Below are positions 1 through 8,251 of a DNA stretch of 19,043 nucleotides, piece by piece; the stretch's first letter is position 1; each line of letters starts with the position of its first letter. A program made the translations under genes and the position numbers. Under the pieces are notes generated by a model that worked only from the letters and a program-made list of their open reading frames with translations, did not search any database and had not been told where the DNA came from. Source of the DNA: an uncultured bacterium (lineage in GTDB: Bacteria; SAR324; NAC60-12); the NCBI GenBank assembly GCA_965662845.1, contig CBFIJD010000001.1, positions 154,261-173,303 on the forward strand, in the 5' to 3' direction.

Positions 1-3000
1 GCCAGCGCGCTTTGGAACAGTTTCCACCCCCACGGCACATCTCGAGACAGCGCTTCGGGGCGAAATTCAATCAGCTGTCCGCGGTCGGAGCCAACGACGA
101 GCTCGTTGCGTTGATCATTGTTCAGATCAGCAAAGACCGGCACGGCGCCGAGGCCAACGTCCAAGTCTAAGAACCGGCGATGCTGCAAGCGGAAGCGCAT
201 CCCTGTCTCGGTCGGTCTCTGCAGATAGAGGCGGACGTTCCCACGAAAGTTCCCCAGCAACAAATCGGCGTATCCGTCTTGGTTGACGTCAAACACAGCG
301 GGAATCGCGTTGCGTCCGCTCGTGACCCCGATCATCGGGTTGGGATCGCGCAAAAAGTCTGGGATCTCGGCGCTGCCACGATTTTCCCAATACAAAACGC
401 TACCTCGCTCATTACCGACCAACAGATCGGCGTCGCCGTCGCGATCCAAATCGGCGAAGACCGGCGCGGCGTTCGGCCCCCCGTTGTAATCCAAATAGTT
501 CTCTGCGATGAGCGTCCAGCGCTCGGGCTCTGTCTCTTGATCGTTCCGATAGTGCAGCAGCTGCCCCGCTTTCGTGCCCACCAGCATGTCCAAATCCCCG
601 TCGCCATCCAGATCCAAAAAAGCGGGAACGGCGCGGCGGCCAAAGTTGAGGTTCGCAAACGTTTCAGAGACGAGTTCGTATTGCGGTTCGCGCGGCAAAT
701 CTTCAGGGCGCGGTGGCAAATCTTCCACTTCCGGCACATCCGAGGCGAGGCCTTGATCGTCGCGCACAGGACGCTCCAACGTGTTCGCGGTCAGCACTGG
801 CTCGGGTGGCCTGATGTCTTCCGGCTTTTGGGTTCCACGAAAGAGCCACGCGAGCAAGTTTCCTTCGGAGTCCCCCAAGAGCAGATCTCGCTGCTGGTCG
901 CCGTTCAGATCCATGAGATGCGGCACGCTGTGGCTCACGCTTTCCAACCCTTGCCATTCCTCGGCTTGCTGCTGCCAACCGTAAGAGACGGGATAGTTGG
1001 GGAGTGGGTTGTGCGTGAGCAGACGGATGCGCCCGCTGCGCTCTCCAAGGAGTAAATCTGCAGATTCATCTTCATTCCAGAAGAAGACGGTCGGCACCGC
1101 GTTCCCGTTGGTCTGAACGTTACCGAAGCGAGTGCTCTTCAAGACAAAGTCCGCGCTCTGGGCAGAGCCTTGATTCTCGAAGTAAATGATCAGCCCTCGC
1201 CCGTTCCCGACTAGCAAGTCCAGGTCGCCGTCGCCGTCTAGGTCATACAGCGTGGGGACGCTGTAGTCGCCGACATCAATCTTCGCGAAGCGCACATCCG
1301 CGACCTGCCACTCCGGCTCTTGAGCGGTCCCAACATTGTTGAGCAGCTCTAGCTCTCCGCTCTGTTTCCCAACGAGGGCATCCAAGTCGCCGTCGCCATC
1401 CAAATCGCCGAAAGCTGGCGCGCTAAACGCCCGCTGATTGGCTGAGAAAACAGGAGTCTCTACCCGTTGCCAGTCTGGATCTTCGGTGCTTCCTTGGTTC
1501 ACATACGCATAAAGCGCACCGGAGCGACTGCCCAGCAGCAAGTCCATGTCGCCGTCGCCGTCCCAATCGCCTGAGGTCACAACGGTGTGGCGATCTTTGG
1601 GCAGAAAGCTCCCTCGGTTGAAGAAGTTCTCTGACGCAGGCCAAAACTGATTGCGGCTAATCGCCTCTCTGGCCAGGGGGTCTTCTTCGGGCGCAGCGGC
1701 GACCTCTCCTTCCGCGACGTTTACGTTCGCTTGCATCGCTGGTGGATTCTGGGCTGCTGGTGGGTTCGCGGCGTCGGCATTGCCGCCGTTCATGCCCTCC
1801 TCGGCGGCTTGTTCACCGCCCTCTGGAGGGGCAAAGTCTGGGGGTTCCGCACCAATCACGGTGGAGAGAAAACTCGGGCTCGGACGCGTGGAACGCCAGA
1901 TGATCTCTTCTAAGCTCGTCGCTTGCTCCAACGGCAAGTCAAAGGCGGTGGCGAGGGCGGGCAGACAGTTCGGGAAGACATCAATTTGCGCGCAGGCCTC
2001 TGTCATCAGCTCTAATGGCTCAAGCCGAAGGTCAAACTCGGTGTTCGCTAGCGCGGGGACGTTGCGTAGCGCTGACGTCAGGGGTTCTCGATTTTCATAT
2101 TCCAAGACGCGCGAGGTCGAGGTGCCGATCAACAGCTCTGGGTATCCGTCGCCGCTCACATCGAACAGGCGCGGCGCAGCGAAGCCTCCTGTGTTGATGA
2201 ACAAGAAGCGCTCAGACTCTAGCTCCCATTGGGGCTGCAGCAGGTTCCCCCGATTGAGATAGAAGTCGATGCGCCCGTTGGATTTGCCAATCAGGAGGTC
2301 GATGTCACCGTCTTGCTCCCAGTCAATCAAGGTCGGGTTGGCGTCTACTTGAGGCGCGATATCGCTAATGAGAATGGAGCTTTGTCCACGGCAGGCAGGG
2401 TCTTGCTCGCGAGGGCGCTGTCCGTCAGGACAAAACAAGGCGCGAGACGCGACCCCTCGATTGTAGAAGAGGCGGGTTTGTCCCTGCTGGTTGCCGACCA
2501 ACAGGTCGGGCGCGCGGTCCGCGTTGAAATCTGCGAGAGCCGGGACGCTGTTGCTGCCCACATTCAGGTTCATATACGCCGGAGTGACTAACTCCAGGAC
2601 CGGAAGTAGCGGGTTCCCACGGTTTTGATAGAAGAAAATGGTGCCATCCCCCGAGCCAATGAACAGGTCGAGATCTCCGTCGTCGTCAATGTCAATCCAC
2701 GTCGGCGCGGCGTTACTACCAACATCAATCGGGCGCCGAATCCGAACCTTCTCTGCGTCGACAATGTCTTCGTGAAAGGCTGCGAAGTCTTCGGTCTCTA
2801 AGCGAAAATTGTTCTGTCCCGTGTTGCGGAAGAGCGCGAGGCGCCCGTCGCTTTTGCCCACAAACAAGTCCTCGTCTCCGTCGCCATCAAAGTCCGCGAA
2901 GCTCAGCTGACTGCGCTCAAAAGCCCGCGCGTAGAGCAGCTGTTCTGCGCCGTTCATTTTGCCGTAGTACTGGCGTTCCCATTGATAAATCGGAGCGTCC

Positions 3001-3092
3001 GTGCCGTCGGTTTGTGCTTGGGCGCCTGTCGCCGTTCCTAGAATGAACCAGAGCGCGAAGCCAAAGCGTCGAAAGAGAGAAGTGCGTCGCAT
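1..3092 (-). CDS. Large secreted FG-GAP/VCBS repeat (beta-propeller) protein, >1030 aa, 3' end beyond the left edge
   Basis: ATG at 3092 gives MRRTSLFRRFGFALWFILGTATGAQAQ (signal peptide-like, AQA|Q). Read by hand, the frame stays open to the edge, so it has no stop and is absent from the ORF track. It has at least 14 DxDxDGDxDL-type motifs, e.g. DFDGDGDEDL, DIDDDGDLDL, DWDGDGDMDL, DLDGDGDLDL, DVNQDGYADL. Confidence 0.9.
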   Translation of the reverse strand, partial: MRRTSLFRRFGFALWFILGTATGAQAQTDGTDAPIYQWERQYYGKMNGAEQLLYARAFERSQLSFADFDGDGDEDLFVGKSDGRLALFRNTGQNNFRLETEDFAAFHEDIVDAEKVRIRRPIDVGSNAAPTWIDIDDDGDLDLFIGSGDGTIFFYQNRGNPLLPVLELVTPAYMNLNVGSNSVPALADFNADRAPDLLVGNQQGQTRLFYNRGVASRALFCPDGQRPREQDPACRGQSSILISDIAPQVDANPTLIDWEQDGDIDLLIGKSNGRIDFYLNRGNLLQPQWELESERFLFINTGGFAAPRLFDVSGDGYPELLIGTSTSRVLEYENREPLTSALRNVPALANTEFDLRLEPLELMTEACAQIDVFPNCLPALATAFDLPLEQATSLEEIIWRSTRPSPSFLSTVIGAEPPDFAPPEGGEQAAEEGMNGGNADAANPPAAQNPPAMQANVNVAEGEVAAAPEEDPLAREAISRNQFWPASENFFNRGSFLPKDRHTVVTSGDWDGDGDMDLLLGSRSGALYAYVNQGSTEDPDWQRVETPVFSANQRAFSAPAFGDLDGDGDLDALVGKQSGELELLNNVGTAQEPEWQVADVRFAKIDVGDYSVPTLYDLDGDGDLDLLVGNGRGLIIYFENQGSAQSADFVLKSTRFGNVQTNGNAVPTVFFWNEDESADLLLGERSGRIRLLTHNPLPNYPVSYGWQQQAEEWQGLESVSHSVPHLMDLNGDQQRDLLLGDSEGNLLAWLFRGTQKPEDIRPPEPVLTANTLERPVRDDQGLASDVPEVEDLPPRPEDLPREPQYELVSETFANLNFGRRAVPAFLDLDGDGDLDMLVGTKAGQLLHYRNDQETEPERWTLIAENYLDYNGGPNAAPVFADLDRDGDADLLVGNERGSVLYWENRGSAEIPDFLRDPNPMIGVTSGRNAIPAVFDVNQDGYADLLLGNFRGNVRLYLQRPTETGMRFRLQHRRFLDLDVGLGAVPVFADLNNDQRNELVVGSDRGQLIEFRPEALSRDVPWGWKLFQSAL

Positions 3093-3215
3093 AGCTTGAG
3101 GAGAAGTGAGAGGAACAAGGTGTTGAGTAGGCCGCGTGTTGCAAGACCTACGCCCCTTGTCCGTCGCTTGCGGAGGGGAGCGATGGCAGCGCCCGTTGCC
3201 GTGGGCGCCAAGAAA

Positions 3216-4469
3216 TTAAGGGCAGGAGAGAGCGCCAGAAAACTGCTTGCCCTCCAGCAGCGCGATCTTTTGTTGCAGAGGCAGAGTCACGAGGAGGTCG
3301 AGTTGGCCATTGTTGTCAAAGTCTTCTACCAGCAGCGTTCCGGGCGTGTCTCCTTGAGGAGCAAGAGTCGCGGCAAATAATTCCGAACTTGCATAGGCGC
3401 TCGCATCTTGGGCCGTCGTGCCGGTGCTGAGCACCAGAGAGAGTTCTCCGGTCAGCGTGGTCACAGAAGTCAACGCCACCAGGTATTGGTTGCTCAGCAC
3501 AAAATCTTGCACGCCATCTTCATTGAAATCAGCCACAGCGAAGCTCGTCGGCCCACGCCCTGCGGCGATGTCAACTGGACCCGAGAAGTTCCCACTGCCG
3601 TCGCCATACCACAGCCGCAGCACCTCATCGATGCGGCTGGTCACCGCGAGATCTACGCGCCCGTCACAGTCCCAATCACCTGCGCTCAGCTGCTGTGGCG
3701 TGGAGGGAGTGTCGAGCTCAGCAAACAGCGCAAAGCTCCCCTGGCCATTGCCTGTCCACAGCTGCAACTGGTTCTCTCCCAACGCCAACGCCGCCAAGTC
3801 TATTTGGCCATCTCTGTTCCAGTCGCCGGAGATCAATTGCTGCGGATAGTCGCGCGTGCTGATCGTCTGAGAGAGAGTAAAGTTGCCACTCCCCTGATTT
3901 TGCAGAACCGAGATGGTGTCGCTGAAGCGATTCGTGACGGCGAGATCGGTCTGGTTGTCCTGATTCCAGTCTTCACTAGTGAGCGAGATGGGCGTATCGC
4001 CGACCACGAGGCTGCGGTTGTCGTCATTCCAGCTTGGGGAATCGAGCCAAGTGATCGCGTTGGTGTCTGTGCGGGTCAACACGAGATCACTCTGGTTGTC
4101 TTGGTTGACATCGGCCACCACAACGGACTGGTGCCACGCGGGGACCGTCGGCTCCCAGACCTTTTGGAGCGTGAGAAAGTTGGTTTGGTTCGGGTTGATT
4201 GCGAAGGCAAACACACGCCCATCTTCGGTGGTGCTAGAGTCCGCTTCAATGCGTGGAACCGGCACAAGCAGGTCCAGCTGTCCGTCATCGTCCCAGTCGG
4301 CGCGCTGCATTTGAGCGGACTGCGCCGGCAGAGCGACTTCCCGAGGAGCGGCGAACTGCGCATTGGCCACCGAGCTGGGGGGAGCGTCCTCGCTCAGCTT
4401 GTATTCACCGGATTGACATGCCGCGAGGGCGAAGAGGGCGTAGGTCGAGAGCCAGAGAGCGTGTTTCAT
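3216..4469 (-). CDS. FG-GAP repeat lipoprotein, 7 repeats (probable 7-bladed propeller), 417 aa
   Basis: ATG at 4469 overlaps the upstream stop (ATGA). MKHALWLSTYALFALAAC contains a lipobox. Seven motifs: DWDDDGQLDL, DVNQDNQSDL, DWNQDNQTDL, DWNRDGQIDL, DWDCDGRVDL, DFNEDGVQDF, DFDNNGQLDL. Confidence 0.9.
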   Translation of the reverse strand: MKHALWLSTYALFALAACQSGEYKLSEDAPPSSVANAQFAAPREVALPAQSAQMQRADWDDDGQLDLLVPVPRIEADSSTTEDGRVFAFAINPNQTNFLTLQKVWEPTVPAWHQSVVVADVNQDNQSDLVLTRTDTNAITWLDSPSWNDDNRSLVVGDTPISLTSEDWNQDNQTDLAVTNRFSDTISVLQNQGSGNFTLSQTISTRDYPQQLISGDWNRDGQIDLAALALGENQLQLWTGNGQGSFALFAELDTPSTPQQLSAGDWDCDGRVDLAVTSRIDEVLRLWYGDGSGNFSGPVDIAAGRGPTSFAVADFNEDGVQDFVLSNQYLVALTSVTTLTGELSLVLSTGTTAQDASAYASSELFAATLAPQGDTPGTLLVEDFDNNGQLDLLVTLPLQQKIALLEGKQFSGALSCP

Positions 4470-5461
4470 TCTTGGAGCAAGCCTTTGAAGAAAAGTCCAA
4501 AGTTGTTGGGAAGATAGTCTTGAATCATGCCGAAGTAGCGATCCCACGGCGGAATCGGCAAGCGCTCGCGGCTCTGGTAATAGAGCGCGGTGTCAGAGAG
4601 GGTCCAGTGCTCTTCTAAAAAATGCTTGAGCACCGAGTTTTCCCCAAGCCCTTCAAACACAATCACCGGAGAATGGGCGCCTCGCGCATAGGCTTGGTAG
4701 TGCTCTAGAATGCGATCGCCCAGACCTTGCGCGAGATAGCCCTCCAACGCCCGCGTGGCTTGAAAGTCAATTTTGATCCAGTCAGCAAGGTCGATCAGGC
4801 CGCTGTGCACAGCGCTGTCCATTTTGTTGGAGTCATCCAGCGCGAGGCGAATATTCAAATCTTTGGACAGCGCGCGAATGGTCGAGAGATATTCCGGGCT
4901 CACTTGCTCGTTTACCTCAAAATAAAACATGTGTTCGTACTCTGGAAAGAAGCTCAACACCGTTTTCAGAGAACGAGGGTAATTTAAGTAATCTGAGTCT
5001 ACATTTTGAGTGAACATCAACGCTGGGATGGTCTGCTCACTCAGCGCCATTTGTCGTCGTAACAAGCGAATCGTGAGGAAGGTCGTGATCAAGGACGCGA
5101 AGCGCAACAGCACGGATGGGATGTCGAGTTCACGACAGAGCTCCACAATTTTGCCGAAGCTGTTGCCATGACGATCCATCGCGAGGAGTTCAAAGCCTTT
5201 TGTCGGAGACTGTGGCGACTTAGGCGCCAAGGCGTCAATGGACTCCGCTTTGATGGTGAGCCACTTGAGGTAGTTGGTGGCTCGTTCAGAGAGAGAGTTC
5301 CACTCTTCGGCGAGCAAATGTGAGAGCAAAAAAGACAGCGTTTCTGGAAAGCAGGGGAAGGGGAGCGCGGGGGGTACGGGAGTGACGACACTTCGAGCTA
5401 AGTTTTCGACGTCGACTCGTTCACAAGCGGTTGCTTGCCACGCGGGAGTGAGTGAAGTCAT
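4466..5461 (-). CDS. Divergent stand-alone EAL-like (c-di-GMP phosphodiesterase fold) protein, about 331 aa
   Basis: Start placed at ATG 5461, 17 nt after the dnaB stop. EAL-type motifs occur in order: GFELLAM, TQNVD, FEVNE, LALDDSNK, DWIKIDF, IVFEGLGE, YYQS. Confidence 0.7.
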   Translation of the reverse strand: MTSLTPAWQATACERVDVENLARSVVTPVPPALPFPCFPETLSFLLSHLLAEEWNSLSERATNYLKWLTIKAESIDALAPKSPQSPTKGFELLAMDRHGNSFGKIVELCRELDIPSVLLRFASLITTFLTIRLLRRQMALSEQTIPALMFTQNVDSDYLNYPRSLKTVLSFFPEYEHMFYFEVNEQVSPEYLSTIRALSKDLNIRLALDDSNKMDSAVHSGLIDLADWIKIDFQATRALEGYLAQGLGDRILEHYQAYARGAHSPVIVFEGLGENSVLKHFLEEHWTLSDTALYYQSRERLPIPPWDRYFGMIQDYLPNNFGLFFKGLLQE

Positions 5462-5478
5462 AAAGTCGCAGATAGGGG

Positions 5479-6834
5479 TTAATCGCCGAGCGCGAGGTTG
5501 GCAAATTTGGTGTACTGGCCGATGAAAGCCAGCCGTTTTGTGCCACATTCGCCATTGCGATGTTTCGCCACGATGATTTCGGCGATGCCTTTGTCCTCGG
5601 TGTTGGGATGATAGACCTCATCGCGATAGATAAACATGATGAGGTCTGCGTCTTGTTCCAAGGCTCCCGATTCGCGCAAGTCGGCCATGATGGGGTGCTT
5701 GTCGGCGCGGCGCTCCAAATCTCGATTCAACTGTGAGAGCGCAATCACGGGGACAGAGAACTCTTTGGCGACCGCTTTGAGTTGCCGCGAGATATCCGAG
5801 ATCTCTTGCTCGCGCGAGTTGACACGGCGCCCGGACTGCATCAGCTGCAAATAGTCGATAATGATGAGCCCAAGCCCTGTCTCCGCGTACTGCTGAGCGG
5901 CTTGACGCGCGACTTTGCGCACATAAGCAGGAGTGATTCCAGACATATCGTCAATGAGCAGAGGCGCCTCCATCATCCGGCCGGTGGCATCCACCAGCTT
6001 TTCCCAGTCTTCGGGCTCGAGGTCTCCCACCCACAGCTTCTGGCTGTTCACTTTTGCTTCGCTACAGATCAGGCGCATCGCGATGTGTTCTTTGGGCATT
6101 TCCAAGCTGAACATGAGCACGGGCTTGCGCGCATTCAGCGAAGCGTACATCCCCACGTTCATCGCAAACGCCGTTTTGCCCATAGAAGGGCGCGCCGCGA
6201 GGATGATGAGGTCTCCGTGTTGCAGACCTCGGGTCAGCTCATCGAGGTCATGAAAACCTGTCGGAACGCCCGTGATGGTCTGCGGGTTCTCCGAGAGGGC
6301 TTCAAGGTGTTCAAAGTTTTTGAGGAGAATATCTTTGAGGTGGGCGTAGCTCCGCGTGCTGACCCGATTTTCGATCTCGCGAAAGCGCTCGGAGGCTTCT
6401 CCCAGAAACTCGCTGATGTCTCGCTGCCCCGCCTGTCCTTCTTTGGCGAGATCATAGGCGGTGGTGATGATCGCGCGCAGCTGGCTCTTCTCTTGAACAA
6501 TCGCGGCGTAATACTCGGCGTTGTCTGCGACGGGGGTCGTCTGTGTCAGGTTCAGCAAGTAATCCACGCCCCCGCTGGCGTCCAGCAAGTTATGGTCCTT
6601 CAACCACGTGGAGAGCGAGACTTCATCAATCGGCGCAGCTTGTTCACTGAGATCAAGCATGCCCGAGTAGATTTTTTGGTTTGCCGGCGAAAAGAAATCG
6701 TCTGGCGTCAGATAGTCTTGAATCTGGGGCAGCAGATCGTTGCGATAGATCAGCGCTCCGAGGACAGCTTGCTCTGCCATTTTGTCATGGGGGAGCAGTT
6801 CTTCCGTCGCAGGTTTGGCTTGAAAACTAGACAT
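5479..6834 (-). CDS. dnaB: Replicative DNA helicase
   Basis: LPHDKMAEQAVLG N-terminus; Walker A AARPSMGKTAF; FSLEM; IIDYLQL; LSQLNR; DLRESGALEQDAD; AKHRNG. Normal length, no intein. Confidence 0.98.
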   Translation of the reverse strand: MSSFQAKPATEELLPHDKMAEQAVLGALIYRNDLLPQIQDYLTPDDFFSPANQKIYSGMLDLSEQAAPIDEVSLSTWLKDHNLLDASGGVDYLLNLTQTTPVADNAEYYAAIVQEKSQLRAIITTAYDLAKEGQAGQRDISEFLGEASERFREIENRVSTRSYAHLKDILLKNFEHLEALSENPQTITGVPTGFHDLDELTRGLQHGDLIILAARPSMGKTAFAMNVGMYASLNARKPVLMFSLEMPKEHIAMRLICSEAKVNSQKLWVGDLEPEDWEKLVDATGRMMEAPLLIDDMSGITPAYVRKVARQAAQQYAETGLGLIIIDYLQLMQSGRRVNSREQEISDISRQLKAVAKEFSVPVIALSQLNRDLERRADKHPIMADLRESGALEQDADLIMFIYRDEVYHPNTEDKGIAEIIVAKHRNGECGTKRLAFIGQYTKFANLALGD

Positions 6835-6867
6835 GGACGGGGAGCCAGAGGAGGTTCAGAGGAGGGG

Positions 6868-6885
6868 AGGCACCCGAAGGTGCCT
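6868..6885 (-). terminator. C(UUCG)G-capped hairpin after the rplI stop (possible processing, stabilising or termination element)
   Basis: Minus strand AGGCACC-TTCG-GGTGCCT: a perfect 7-bp stem followed by a C/T-rich tract but no U-run. Confidence 0.4.
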
Positions 6886-6892
6886 GGGGAGC

Positions 6893-7481
6893 TCAGGCCG
6901 TTTCCGTAGCGTCTGCTGTTTCGACGTACTCGTCTGCGTCATCTTCCGTCTCTGCGTCCGCTTCGGCTTCGGCAGCAGTGGCAGCTTGCGCTTCGGCGGC
7001 GGCCGCGGCGGCGAGGGCAGCAGCTTGCTCAGGGTCGTACTCGGCAGTGACTTTGAGCGTCAATTCCAGAGAGACTTCCGTGTGGATGCGGACCGTGAAG
7101 GGGTGAGTGCCGACATTGCGAATCGGGCCAGGCAAGAGGAATCGAGCGGCGCTCCAGTGAGTACCCAGCTTCTTCTAACAGAGCCTGGATGTCGCGGTTG
7201 GTGACCGAGCCAAACAACCGCCCGCCTGGGCCTGCTTTGCGGGTGATCTCTAGCTCCAGCACCTTCATCAGTGCAGCGCGTTGACGGGCGCGGTCGACTT
7301 CTTGTTGTCGTTGCTTCGTCAGGTACTGCATGTGGTGGCGGAATTCTTTGGACTCTTGGCTCGTAGCAGGCAGCGCCATGCCGCGCGGCAATAAATAATT
7401 GCGGGCATATCCGGGCTTAACATCCACGATATCGCCCAGTGTGCCCAGATTGGGGACATCTTGTTTCAAAATCAGTTTCAC
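6893..7481 (-). CDS. rplI: 50S ribosomal protein L9 with a single-base insertion at about 7138-7141 (about 195 aa when corrected, Ala/acidic tail)
   Basis: GTG start after SD AAGGTGAT; KLILKQDVPNLG..VKPGYARNYLLP..GRLFGSVT. The C-terminal part (LPGPIRNVGTHPFTVRIHTEV) lies in another frame (ORF 6893..7135). Confidence 0.93.
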
Positions 7482-7508
7482 AGCATCACCTTGGCTGAGG
7501 GTTGGGCA

Positions 7509-7790
7509 TTAATCTTGTGAGACATAGCCGGCGGTCGGCGACAGCAACGCTAGGTTGCGCGCACGCTTGATAGCGACAGACAGCTTACGTTGGAACGGAG
7601 CAGAGACGCCTGAGATCCGGCTGGGGATGATCTTCCCGCCTTCGGTGACGTACGACTTGAGCAGCTCGATATCTTTGTAGTCAATCTCTTCGATGCCAGC
7701 TTCTTTGAAAGGACAGCTCTTGCGCTTGCGGCGGAGCAGAATACTGTTCGGGACGCTGCGTCCTAGACGCTTCTTTGGTTTTTTGGCCAT
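7509..7790 (-). CDS. rpsR: 30S ribosomal protein S18
   Basis: [45 protein letters not shown]. Only one Cys, so the Zn-ribbon ligands are largely absent. Confidence 0.97.
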   Translation of the reverse strand: MAKKPKKRLGRSVPNSILLRRKRKSCPFKEAGIEEIDYKDIELLKSYVTEGGKIIPSRISGVSAPFQRKLSVAIKRARNLALLSPTAGYVSQD

Positions 7791-7798
7791 GATTCCTC

Positions 7799-8200
7799 TT
7801 AGGCTTCTGCGGTTTCGGTAACTTCTTCGTCTTGTTCGCTCTCGCCCTCTGTCGGCTTACTGCCAGAGGACGTTCCGGTCAATTCCTCAAATTTAGCGGC
7901 AGCTTTGTGGGCATCCTCAACGTGAATCGTTTGGGAGCGAATCACGCTGTCGGCATAGCTGAATTGGCGGTCGAGTTCATTGAGCATGTCGCCGTCCCCA
8001 CGGAGATACCAGATGTGATAGACGCCATACTGTTTCTTGTTGATGGCATAGGCCAGCTTGCGGCGGCCCCACAAGTATTCCGTGATGATTTCCCCGTTCG
8101 AGCGCTGGATGAATCCGCGCAGCTTGTCGAGCAGAGTGTTCTGCTCTTCAGCGCTAAGCTCTGCGGCGGTGATAAACACCGCCTCGTAGTCGCGTTGCAT
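7799..8200 (-). CDS. rpsF: 30S ribosomal protein S6
   Basis: ATG at 8200 after [33 protein letters not shown]; acidic tail; position next to rpsR. Confidence 0.96.
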   Translation of the reverse strand: MQRDYEAVFITAAELSAEEQNTLLDKLRGFIQRSNGEIITEYLWGRRKLAYAINKKQYGVYHIWYLRGDGDMLNELDRQFSYADSVIRSQTIHVEDAHKAAAKFEELTGTSSGSKPTEGESEQDEEVTETAEA

Positions 8201-8204
8201 ACAT

Positions 8205-8243
8205 TTCCTTATGAACAAGTGGCCCGCGTTCGCGAGCAAGGAA
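8205..8243 (-). promoter_or_regulatory. S6:S18 autoregulatory leader RNA
   Basis: The mRNA reads UUCCUU-G-CUCGC-GAAC-GCGGG-CCA-CUUGUUCAU-AAGGAA. The 5' UUCCUU can pair with the SD, there is an inner hairpin, and a CCR motif sits in the loop. This fits the known S6:S18-binding element upstream of rpsF. Confidence 0.75.
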
Positions 8244-8251
8244 CACAGCGG

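Noticed and set aside
3189..3208. Hairpin GCGCCC-N8-GGGCGC after the lipoprotein gene, as a terminator or REP
   Set aside because: Short stem, no U-tract on the coding strand and no GTAG; insufficient evidence.
180..6909. Long plus-strand ORFs (180..1055, 1651..2262, 3408..4517, 5782..6909)
   Set aside because: Antisense shadows of the FG-GAP genes and dnaB, with no motifs of their own.
6893..7135. Separate 80-aa gene downstream of rplI
   Set aside because: It is the frameshifted C-terminus of L9.
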